A DNA stretch of 64,000 nt from contig CAZQQT010000001.1 of NCBI GenBank assembly GCA_964595645.1, positions 239,745 through 303,744 on the forward strand. Reading direction: 5' to 3'. A program made the translations under genes and the position numbers. Source of the DNA: an uncultured Thermococci archaeon (GTDB taxonomy: Archaea; Methanobacteriota_B; Thermococci; Methanofastidiosales; B48-G16). Every line of letters starts with the position of its first letter. Position 1 is the stretch's first letter. Shown here piece by piece: positions 20,977-29,747 of this stretch. The notes under the pieces were generated by a model. The model had not been told where the DNA came from and did not search any database. It worked only from the letters and a program-made list of their open reading frames with translations.

Positions 20977-23748
20977 GTGGTGATTATAATGAGAAAACTC
21001 GAACCGATGCATGTGTTGATAGTGATAGTTGCCGCACTTATTATTGGCTTTGCAGCCATGGTGGGGTACTATACGGATTACCTCTGGTTTAGTTCTGCAG
21101 GGTATTCCTCCGTGTTTTTGACGATACTGAAATGGAAATTACTGACTATCCTTATTGGATTTATTCTTGCTTTTGTGTTTCTTTACATCAACGTAAAAAT
21201 TGCGAAGAAAATTTCGGAAAATATTCTCTCCGATAGAGGGATTCAGTACGAGGAAATAGGCAAATCAGTACTCTTGATAGGGACAGCAATTGTCTCCTTT
21301 TTGTTCTCTCTCTCATTTAGTGGAAACTGGAAAACAATACTTCTCTATCTCAATAGAGTTTCTTTTGGAGTGGAGGATCCAATTCTCTCAAAAGATGCAG
21401 GATTTTATATCTTTGAACTCCCCTTCCTCTCATTTATTAGAAATACACTTTTGGGCCTTACATTTCTCGCACTAATAGCTGCTGGTGTAATTTATTTCTA
21501 CCGAGCTGGGCCTATCATTAGTCCTGGATCACGAAGAAAAGGAAAGGAAGAGTTTGATTTTGATGAAGATTTTGAACCCGATAGAGATTTTGGAGGCGAT
21601 TTTGGGCTTGGAACAGATATCTTGAATCAAATACCCACAAGGATAATGATACATGTATCGGCCTTACTCTCCTTGATATTTGGGCTGATAGCATTCAGTT
21701 TCCTCCTGAACAGGTACGGGCTGCTTTTCTCAACCCGGGGTGTTGTGACGGGAGCGGGATACACCGATGTCAACATAAAGCTGCCGATACTCTATATCCT
21801 GGCGATACTTGCCGCTTTGACTGCTGTAGCAGTCTTGGCCAATATCGCACTGAAGGATGTGAGGGTCCCTCTTGCTGGTGTAGTACTGATCGTGGTACTG
21901 TTTTTAGCGGGTACAATTGTCCCCGGGATCTATCAGCAGTTCCGAGTCGAGCCCAACGAACTTGAAATGGAGAGCCCGTACTTGGAGTACAACATAAAGT
22001 ATACCAGAGAAGGATTTGGACTTACAGATGTTCAAGAACATCCTTTTGAAGCCACGATGAATATTACCAGGGCAGACGTGGATAATAATATGGATGTGAT
22101 TAAAAATATACGAGTCTGGGACAGAAGAGCTCTGGAACAGACGTATAAACAGCTGCAGCAGATCAGAACGTACTATACGTTTAAAGATGTGGATACAGAT
22201 AGATATACCGCCGAAGGAGGCTATCAACAGTACATGATCTCGTTGAGAGAACTTGATATGGGAGGAATCTCTCCCGAGGCGAGAACATGGGTCAACGAAC
22301 GTCTTGTCTATACTCATGGATTCGGGATGGTGATGAATCCCGTCAGCGAGAAGACAGAGGATGGACAACCGAACTTGGTAGTGAAAGACATCCCGCCACA
22401 GGGAGAGTTTACTATCGAGAATCCGCGGATATACTACGGTGAGCTGACAAATGATTACAAAATCGTGAATTCCGACAAAGAGGAGTTTGATTATCCAAAG
22501 GGAGCAGAGAATGTATTTATGAGTTATGATGGTACAGGGGGAGTACAGTTAGACTCCTTCATCAAAAACTTCATGTACTTCCTGAAGTACAGGGAACCAA
22601 AATTCCTTCTGAGTGACTATATTACTGAGGATAGCAGGCTGATGTACAATAGAAATATACTGGAGAGAGCGAGAAAAGTAGCTCCCTTCCTTTCCTACGA
22701 CAGTAATTCGTATCCTGTGCTCTCCGAAGGGCAAATATATTGGATAATAGACGCGTACACCACTGCAAGTACCTTTCCCTACTCAGAAAAATATCAGGCA
22801 GGCCTCCACGGGATCAACTACATCAGGAATTCCGTGAAAGTTGTGATCGATGCCCACGATGGAACGGTGGACTTTTATATGATGGAGGAAGAACCGATAG
22901 TAAAGGCATACTCAAAGATCTTCCCAGATCTTTTCAAATCATATGAGGAGATGCCCGAGGGGCTGAAGAGCCATATTCGATATCCAAAGGACTTCTTCAA
23001 GGTACAGATGGAGATGTACAGAATATACCATATGACGGATCCGCAGACTTTCTATAATAGGGAGGATGCATGGCAGATACCAACAGAAATGTACAGAGGA
23101 TCCAGTATCACTATGGAGCCGTACTACCTTCTTACAAAACTCCTCAATGGAGAAGGACTCGAGTATATCCTGATGCAGCCCTTTACTCCTCGAGGAAGGG
23201 AGAATATGATTGCGTGGATTGCGGCGAGATGTGATGTGCCGCACTACGGTGAACTTCGTCATTATGAACTTTCCAAAGGCAGACTCATTTACGGTCCCAA
23301 ACAGATAGAATCGAGAGTTGATCAGGATCCCACTATCTCAGAGCAGCTGACGCTTTGGGGCCAGACTGGATCTCGTGTGATTAGAGGAAACCTCCTTGTA
23401 GTGCCTATTGGGAACTCCATTCTGTATGCCGAGCCGATATTCATTAGTGCGGAAGAGTCCGAGATACCGGAACTGCGGCGGGTGGTGACTTCCGACGGTG
23501 AAAAGGTGATCATGGACGAGACGCTTGTACAATCGCTCAATAAATTAGTCAAGGGCGCTGAGCTTCCCGAGGAGGAAGAAGACGGAGTACCCCAAACAGT
23601 GAAAGAGCTGGCACAGGAAGCGCTGGACCATTACAATAAAGCGCAGGAGTACCTTCAGAAAGGAGACTGGAAAGGGTACGGAGACGAGATGGAGAAAGTG
23701 CAGGAGCTGCTGGATCAGCTCAACCAGGTCTTGGAAGAAGAGGAATGA
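20977..23748 (+). CDS. UPF0182 family membrane protein
   Basis: YTDYLWF, DP..KDAGFYIF.LP, GAGYTDV, YTHGFG, NYIRNSVK, RYP.D.F, GNLLVVP. Confidence 0.92.
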   Translation: MVIIMRKLEPMHVLIVIVAALIIGFAAMVGYYTDYLWFSSAGYSSVFLTILKWKLLTILIGFILAFVFLYINVKIAKKISENILSDRGIQYEEIGKSVLLIGTAIVSFLFSLSFSGNWKTILLYLNRVSFGVEDPILSKDAGFYIFELPFLSFIRNTLLGLTFLALIAAGVIYFYRAGPIISPGSRRKGKEEFDFDEDFEPDRDFGGDFGLGTDILNQIPTRIMIHVSALLSLIFGLIAFSFLLNRYGLLFSTRGVVTGAGYTDVNIKLPILYILAILAALTAVAVLANIALKDVRVPLAGVVLIVVLFLAGTIVPGIYQQFRVEPNELEMESPYLEYNIKYTREGFGLTDVQEHPFEATMNITRADVDNNMDVIKNIRVWDRRALEQTYKQLQQIRTYYTFKDVDTDRYTAEGGYQQYMISLRELDMGGISPEARTWVNERLVYTHGFGMVMNPVSEKTEDGQPNLVVKDIPPQGEFTIENPRIYYGELTNDYKIVNSDKEEFDYPKGAENVFMSYDGTGGVQLDSFIKNFMYFLKYREPKFLLSDYITEDSRLMYNRNILERARKVAPFLSYDSNSYPVLSEGQIYWIIDAYTTASTFPYSEKYQAGLHGINYIRNSVKVVIDAHDGTVDFYMMEEEPIVKAYSKIFPDLFKSYEEMPEGLKSHIRYPKDFFKVQMEMYRIYHMTDPQTFYNREDAWQIPTEMYRGSSITMEPYYLLTKLLNGEGLEYILMQPFTPRGRENMIAWIAARCDVPHYGELRHYELSKGRLIYGPKQIESRVDQDPTISEQLTLWGQTGSRVIRGNLLVVPIGNSILYAEPIFISAEESEIPELRRVVTSDGEKVIMDETLVQSLNKLVKGAELPEEEEDGVPQTVKELAQEALDHYNKAQEYLQKGDWKGYGDEMEKVQELLDQLNQVLEEEE

Positions 23749-23797
23749 TCCGTCTCCATGGATAAACCCTTTTATAGCTGGAGCACCCTGTAGGATT

Positions 23798-24556
23798 ATG
23801 ATCATTATCAAAGCAGGCGGCTCTGCCATCACGGACAAGTCTCAACAGGATACACCGCGGAGAGACGTAATGGAGGAAATAGCGGTACAGTTGCAAGAGC
23901 TTGATAAGTCTGTGATACTTGTGCATGGAGGTGGCTCCTTCGGCCACTTTCCTGCAAAGAAGTATCGGATCCACGAGGGATACCATTCCTCGGATCAACT
24001 CACGGGATTTTCCCACACTAAAGAGAAAATGGAGGCATTAAACAATATTTTCATCAAAATTCTCAACAAAAGGGTAAATGCCGTATCGGTGCAGAGTTCC
24101 GCTTGTATCGTGACAAAAAATAACGAAATCACCAGATTTTTCTCGGACCCGATTATGCGGATACTCGATCTCGGAATGATACCTGTACTCTACGGCGATA
24201 CCGTACTGGATGAGGCGATGGGATTTTGCATTCTCTCTGGGGATAGGATTATCCAGAAGCTCTGTAGTGTATTCCCCCCGGAGAGAGTGATCTTCGGGAC
24301 GGATGTGGATGGCATCTACACGAAGGATCCAAAAATCGATGAGAATGCAGAGCTCATCGAGGAACTCTCGCTCAGCGAGCATTCCGCTGAGCTCGAAGAC
24401 ACGGGAGATGTAACCGGGGGGATGAGTGGAAAACTCAGGGAGATCGAGAAAATAGTACGTCAGGGAATAGAGGTCGATATCATCAATATCACGAAAAAAG
24501 GAAGGATCCTCGCGTGTATGAGTAAGGAGTTTAGAGGGACGAGGGTGGGACCATGA
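23798..24556 (+). CDS. ipk: Isopentenyl phosphate kinase (amino-acid kinase family)
   Basis: IKAGGSAITDK, VHGGGSFGH, YGD, SGD, DVTGGMSGK. Adjacent to gltX as in many archaea. Confidence 0.9.
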   Translation: MIIIKAGGSAITDKSQQDTPRRDVMEEIAVQLQELDKSVILVHGGGSFGHFPAKKYRIHEGYHSSDQLTGFSHTKEKMEALNNIFIKILNKRVNAVSVQSSACIVTKNNEITRFFSDPIMRILDLGMIPVLYGDTVLDEAMGFCILSGDRIIQKLCSVFPPERVIFGTDVDGIYTKDPKIDENAELIEELSLSEHSAELEDTGDVTGGMSGKLREIEKIVRQGIEVDIINITKKGRILACMSKEFRGTRVGP

Positions 24557-26214
24557 TCAAAAAACATGTTTTAATAAACGCACTGAAGTACGATGGAGAG
24601 GCCAACCCACAGGCCGTCCTCGGCAAAGTACTCTCTGAAAATGCGGAACTGAAAGAGAATATCCCAGGAACAATAAAGAAAATAGAGAATGTTGTGGAAG
24701 AAGTGAATCAACTGTCATTAGAGGAACAGAAGGAGCTTTTAAGAGAAATATATCCGGAATACTTTGAAAAAGAGGAAAAAAAGGAGAAAAGAGAGCTCCC
24801 TGATCTCCCTCACGGTGATCATGTGGTTACCCGGCTCCCTCCGCATCCCAATGGCTACCTCCATCTCGGTCATGGTCTCTCCTTCTTTTTCAACTGGTAC
24901 TACGCTCGAAAGTATGATGGTGAGCTGCTCCTCCGATTTGAGGATACAAATCCTTCCAAAGTGAAGAAAGAGTACTACGAGAGTATTAAAGAGGATCTGC
25001 GATGGCTCGGATTCGACTGGGACAGAGAAAAGCGGGAGAGCAGCAACATCAAGATGTACTACGAGTATGCAGAAGAATTAATAGAAGGTGGAAACGCGTA
25101 CGTCTGTGAGTGCGATAGCGAAAGGATACACAAGGATCGATTTGAACAGCAGGAGTGTCCGTGCAGAGATCGATCTACTCAAGAGAATTTGAAGCTTTTT
25201 TATCTCCTGAAACAGGGAGAGATCGAGGCGATCCTTCGGCTGAAGGGGGACATGCAGTCACAGAACAGCGCGATGAGGGATCCCACACTCTTCAGGATCA
25301 ACAGGGATCCTCATCCCTACGTAGGAAAAAAATACGTGCTCTGGCCGATGTATGATTTCGCGTGTGCGGTGGAGGACACAGAGGTCACACATGTGTTGCG
25401 GGATAACGAGTTCCAGTTCAGAGTGGAGGTTCAGAACTATATTCGCGACTGTCTGGATCTTTCACAGCCGTATATCCGGCAGTACTCCCGGTTCAACGTG
25501 AAGGGTACCCCCGTTTCCAAACGAAAAATCCGTCCTCTCATAAAGGAAGGTATCGTTGAGGGGTGGGATGATGTACGACTGGCGACCATCCGTGGGTTGC
25601 GACGACGAGGAATACTGCCGGAGACGATCCACGAGCTGGGCAAAGAACTGGGACTTACCACAGCAGAGCCGGTGATAGATTGGAGTCTTATCGAGTCGCT
25701 CAACAGAAAACTCGTCGATCCTATGGCAAAACGGTTCTTCTTCGTTGACAATCCACAAGAGCTGATTGTGGAGAACGCACCTGAAAAGGAAGTCACACTG
25801 TCCATGCATCCCACCGAGGATCTTGGTGAAAGAACGCTTCATGTAGGAAGGAGTTTCTTCATTCCTACGGTGGATAAAGGGACAGTGCGGTTGAAGGATC
25901 TCTATAATATAGAGATTGTGGAGACGGGAGATACCCTTGTAGGAGCGTATATTGAGGGATCCGAGAAACAGGTGGGAGGGGCGAAAATCGTGCAGTGGGT
26001 GCCGGAAGAATACTGTCACGTTGAGGTGACCGTTCCCGATCTGCTTTTCATTGACGACGAGGTGAACACTGCGAGTCTGGAGACGATTCGAGGAGTAGCA
26101 GAAAAGAATATTACCTCCCTCTCAGTAGGGGAGATCATCCAGTTCGAGCGGTTCGGGTTCTGCAGGCTGGATGAGAAAGGTGATCCACACCGATTTATCT
26201 TTACCCATCGGTGA
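24553..26214 (+). CDS. gltX: Glutamate--tRNA ligase (archaeal type)
   Basis: RLPPHPNGYLHLGH (HIGH), LRFEDTNP, CECD...CPCR zinc motif, SKRK, QFERFGF. Confidence 0.95.
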   Translation: MIKKHVLINALKYDGEANPQAVLGKVLSENAELKENIPGTIKKIENVVEEVNQLSLEEQKELLREIYPEYFEKEEKKEKRELPDLPHGDHVVTRLPPHPNGYLHLGHGLSFFFNWYYARKYDGELLLRFEDTNPSKVKKEYYESIKEDLRWLGFDWDREKRESSNIKMYYEYAEELIEGGNAYVCECDSERIHKDRFEQQECPCRDRSTQENLKLFYLLKQGEIEAILRLKGDMQSQNSAMRDPTLFRINRDPHPYVGKKYVLWPMYDFACAVEDTEVTHVLRDNEFQFRVEVQNYIRDCLDLSQPYIRQYSRFNVKGTPVSKRKIRPLIKEGIVEGWDDVRLATIRGLRRRGILPETIHELGKELGLTTAEPVIDWSLIESLNRKLVDPMAKRFFFVDNPQELIVENAPEKEVTLSMHPTEDLGERTLHVGRSFFIPTVDKGTVRLKDLYNIEIVETGDTLVGAYIEGSEKQVGGAKIVQWVPEEYCHVEVTVPDLLFIDDEVNTASLETIRGVAEKNITSLSVGEIIQFERFGFCRLDEKGDPHRFIFTHR

Positions 26215-26257
26215 GCGTCCAAAGGTTTATAATAAATAAAAGGAAAAGTACTCTCAG

Positions 26258-26983
26258 GTGATTGAAATTATCGACGCGTTGATGTATATCGAGGTACAGA
26301 GCAACAGGAAGGGCATGGTGCAGCCGGCGCTGAAAAGAGCCTTGGACGATATCCGAAATTTCGGCATTGAAATAGTAGACAGTAAGATCGAAGATGTTAT
26401 CAAGGAAGAAAATGCGTATTCTGGTGTTCTTGAGCTGGAGATACGGGCGGATCTGAAGAACTACTTGAAGGTTGCCATGATTTACTCTCCCACAGCCATC
26501 GATATACTGGAGGGTGCACCCGTTCTCGAAAAAAGGGAGCTTTTAGAGACCCTTGGGGACGTATCGAGCATCATGAGTAAACTCATGAAAGAGATGGAGC
26601 TGACGTTTAAACTCCGTCCTGAACAGGTAGATCGTATCACGATTGATGAGGAGAAAGAGTACCTGCCTGTGACGCTGATCTGCGAAGTGCAAGGTGACGA
26701 AGAGAAAATTAAAGAACAGGCAGAGCTCGTCTTTGCAGACTGCCGGGCCTTCATCGAGAAAATGAAGATTAGAAGGGAGAAGGGTAGTGCGATGCTTGGC
26801 ATAGTCGGACTTTTTCCCGATATGGAGTCCCTTTTTGAGACCACAGCCAAACTGACACCGGTAGCCTTTGCCACTGACAGAGATGAGATAGCACTTACTA
26901 TGCGTGACGCGCAAGTGGTGGGAATGAGCCTCTCCTCGATCACATCGGATATCGCTACCACCAAACTCTCAATGGATTTCTAA
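26258..26983 (+). CDS. Conserved archaeal hypothetical protein with internal duplication
   Basis: Two similar halves (YIEVQS...YSPTAI...LGDVSSI and ICEVQG...LTPVAF...GMSLSSI). Has its own TATA box at ~26225. Confidence 0.7.
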   Translation: MIEIIDALMYIEVQSNRKGMVQPALKRALDDIRNFGIEIVDSKIEDVIKEENAYSGVLELEIRADLKNYLKVAMIYSPTAIDILEGAPVLEKRELLETLGDVSSIMSKLMKEMELTFKLRPEQVDRITIDEEKEYLPVTLICEVQGDEEKIKEQAELVFADCRAFIEKMKIRREKGSAMLGIVGLFPDMESLFETTAKLTPVAFATDRDEIALTMRDAQVVGMSLSSITSDIATTKLSMDF

Positions 26984-27083
26984 TACTGTCGATTTTTATT
27001 TCGTTTTTTGTCTATTTTATCTAACCATACGCGCTTCTCAAAGTATTGATGATCAATAGTATACAATTTTTATAGACAATTTT

Positions 27084-27100
27084 ACCGAAAGCTTTATATA
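27084..27100 (+). promoter_or_regulatory. BRE-TATA promoter of first S-layer gene
   Basis: accgaaa-gc-tttatata lies ~190 nt upstream of the ATG, implying a ~160-nt 5' UTR. Confidence 0.7.
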
Positions 27101-27287
27101 CCCCTTTCAACATATTGCTCATCGGTAACATTAAATAAAATATAGAGTAATACACAACAGTATGGTGTAGGAAGAACCTGCATCAAGATGTAGTAGTTAC
27201 CTGCATCGAATAGAAAGATGCGGGGAATGCCTGCATCATAGATACGGGATGTGGAAAAACCCACATCAACCTATAAGGTGATATGAA

Positions 27288-29387
27288 ATGGAAATAAAGA
27301 AAATAGGCGCCATATTTGCCGGCGCAATAATGATCGGCAGTGCAGTAGCAGCCGCAGCAAATTGGGACCCCTCCGAACATAAGGATTTCTTCATTAACCC
27401 AGAGACAGGTGAACCTAACAGCATCATCGTTGTCGGAGCAAACGCAGCAGCGTCGGACGTCACGGCGTCCGGCTGGATCGCCGCACAGATCGGAAGCATG
27501 GCCCACTATGAAGAGGTCATGCCGCAGTACGATACTTCTGTATGGAACTCAGGTTCAGGGTATGTAGATGATAACTATGACGATATGGATCTAAACCTGG
27601 GAATGAATAACGCTACCTACAACTGTGACGCATTGGCTGTGGGAGACACGACAGGAGCCTTCAACGATCTGCCATATGTAGAATTAGACAGTTTCTGGTG
27701 GGATGACAAAAATGCAGACGACGAACTTGATAAAGACGAATCACGAGAAGAAGCGTTTGTCAACTTCACACGAGACCCGATGAGCGGGATATACCCGGTG
27801 ATCGATCTCTACGACTACCAGTACCGAACGGTGATAGAAGATGACCCAACGTTCAATGTCTGGTTCGGCGGACAGACGAACCAAGAGGCGTATGCCCTTG
27901 TGGACGATCCGGTAAAGGTTAAATTCCTCGGAGAGTTCTATGATATTATAGGGTGGGGCTACGATTCCGACTCTGGTGACGATTACGCAGTTTATGGAAC
28001 CCCACACTACTCGGAGAACGAGTGTCGAGGCGACGACGAGATGGTTTTCGATGTCGGTGAGACGAAGGTCTTCTATGGATGGGAGGTCACCCTCGACGAT
28101 ATCAACATCTACGAGAACAAAGTACAGTGGCTGATTAAAGGACCGAACGATGAGACACCGTGCGAGTACATTACTGCGATCTCGCAATATCCTCCAGAAG
28201 TACCTCCAACGTTATGGGGGCCGGACACTTCCTACTGTCTTGCTTCCGTACAGCTGAAAGCATGTGAGTACGATGTGATCGGCATCACAGACGATATCTG
28301 TGGTTATGATTGGATGGTTGACTGGAATTATTATGAGGAACAAAATGGAGATCCTGCGCTATTGGCAGAAGGTAATGCAGAGCTTGTTGTCTTTGCCCTT
28401 GATACAATAAAGACTTTTGTCGGTGCAGCAGGGCACAACAAAGCTGTTGCATCGCTCTACGCACTGGAGGACTATGGTGTGCTTCACGATGCGGTATGTA
28501 TTAAACCATGCGGCGAGAACGACAACCAGTGGGACCTTGACGTTGTCTGGCATCACGATGTGAACTCTACCGGTACCGAGGCAGAGTACGTCGACCACGA
28601 TGACGATGACGGGGAACCAAACTTTGGAGATTGGGTAGACACAGGAGGAGATGCATTCCTCGATGCAGATGGAGATGCCGGAGTCACCGGCCAAGACGGT
28701 CCTTGGGACATCGTTCCCTGGTCACAGCCCACCTCGAACAATGAGCACGGTCTTGATTACTATGCTGACAGAGAAGCCGCTCCAGGTACCTACGGCGATC
28801 CTGACGGCGTTGAAGTTGTCATCGCCATGAAGTTGCACACGCTCATCGACATACGCGTCTGCGGTTCTTCGCAGAAGATACAGCTCTGCAGCTTCGACAT
28901 GCCCATGTGCGGCCCAGATGATTTCTTTGTCAATACAGGCGACGCTACACCGTACCTTACATTGTCAATAGATGACTCGGACGACCCGAACCACACTAAC
29001 AATCTGATAGAACAGGGCTTTGGTTTCGAACAAAAAACAGAGTTGAAGCCGACGACAGTGATGCACACGGTCGACATTGATCCGATGAGTATCGTGGTCA
29101 ACGACGACGAGGTCACCGAGACCATGAAGATGGGGTACAACCTTATCCTTGTCGGCGGACCAGGACTTGTCGTCTGTGTCGGTGCAGAACCGCAGGTTGC
29201 CAACAGACTCACGAAGGACTTAGTGGATCAGGGTCTCTCTACGGTAGAGTGGACTGAATCTCTCGGTGAGTACGAGTACATCGCCGACGCCTTCGCAGAA
29301 GGAAAAGATGCGATAATCGTTGCTGGGGCTGACAGAGAAGCGACCAGATACGCCGCTCAGGCACTGCTCAACGATCTGACAGATTAA
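27288..29387 (+). CDS. S-layer protein (Methanococcales/Thermococcales-type), paralogue 1
   Basis: Signal MEIKKIGAIFAGAIMIGSA, IVVGANAAASDV, C-terminal NLILVGGP..VAN and IVAGADREATR. Very acidic. Confidence 0.9.
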   Translation: MEIKKIGAIFAGAIMIGSAVAAAANWDPSEHKDFFINPETGEPNSIIVVGANAAASDVTASGWIAAQIGSMAHYEEVMPQYDTSVWNSGSGYVDDNYDDMDLNLGMNNATYNCDALAVGDTTGAFNDLPYVELDSFWWDDKNADDELDKDESREEAFVNFTRDPMSGIYPVIDLYDYQYRTVIEDDPTFNVWFGGQTNQEAYALVDDPVKVKFLGEFYDIIGWGYDSDSGDDYAVYGTPHYSENECRGDDEMVFDVGETKVFYGWEVTLDDINIYENKVQWLIKGPNDETPCEYITAISQYPPEVPPTLWGPDTSYCLASVQLKACEYDVIGITDDICGYDWMVDWNYYEEQNGDPALLAEGNAELVVFALDTIKTFVGAAGHNKAVASLYALEDYGVLHDAVCIKPCGENDNQWDLDVVWHHDVNSTGTEAEYVDHDDDDGEPNFGDWVDTGGDAFLDADGDAGVTGQDGPWDIVPWSQPTSNNEHGLDYYADREAAPGTYGDPDGVEVVIAMKLHTLIDIRVCGSSQKIQLCSFDMPMCGPDDFFVNTGDATPYLTLSIDDSDDPNHTNNLIEQGFGFEQKTELKPTTVMHTVDIDPMSIVVNDDEVTETMKMGYNLILVGGPGLVVCVGAEPQVANRLTKDLVDQGLSTVEWTESLGEYEYIADAFAEGKDAIIVAGADREATRYAAQALLNDLTD

Positions 29388-29410
29388 TTTCCCCCTCTTT
29401 TTTTATTTTA
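29388..29410 (+). terminator. T-rich archaeal terminator
   Basis: Pyrimidine/T run immediately after the stop codon. Confidence 0.55.
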
Positions 29411-29606
29411 TAGTTGGGGAACGGAACAACAAGTTGTTCCTCTGAGGGACGACTTGCGGTCGTACCGAAATAGAGAGGTTCACCGTAGTGTTGAGAATAC
29501 CCACAAATTTTCGGCATATGGCGATTTCCAGATAGACAATACTTTAAAAATTTGGCCCTTTTCACATAAAAGGGAGTAAAATAGTCTCTATTCTACACCC
29601 TATCGT

Positions 29607-29624
29607 ACCGAAACCTTTTTATAT
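29607..29624 (+). promoter_or_regulatory. BRE-TATA promoter of second S-layer gene
   Basis: accgaaa-cc-tttttatat lies ~125 nt upstream of the ATG. A GGAGG SD precedes the start. Confidence 0.7.
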
Positions 29625-29747
29625 GGTCTTCTGTTAATGGTAGATGTACCTTTGAAGATATCAAAGATCGGTGGTGCACTAACACATTCCAATGAGAATG
29701 TGGTTGCACGCCGAGAAACACAAAAAAATTGAAGGAGGAATAACAAT

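Noticed and set aside
27177-27267. CCTGCATC repeats as CRISPR or tRNA
   Set aside because: Repeats are 8 nt with irregular spacing, and there is no cloverleaf, T-loop or acceptor stem.
29440-29600. Hammerhead-ribozyme-like CTGAG...stem...GAAA followed by TAGAGA/TCTCTA pairing
   Set aside because: The core lacks the required CUGAnGA (it reads CTGAGGG), and no stem I partner is present after the putative cleavage site.
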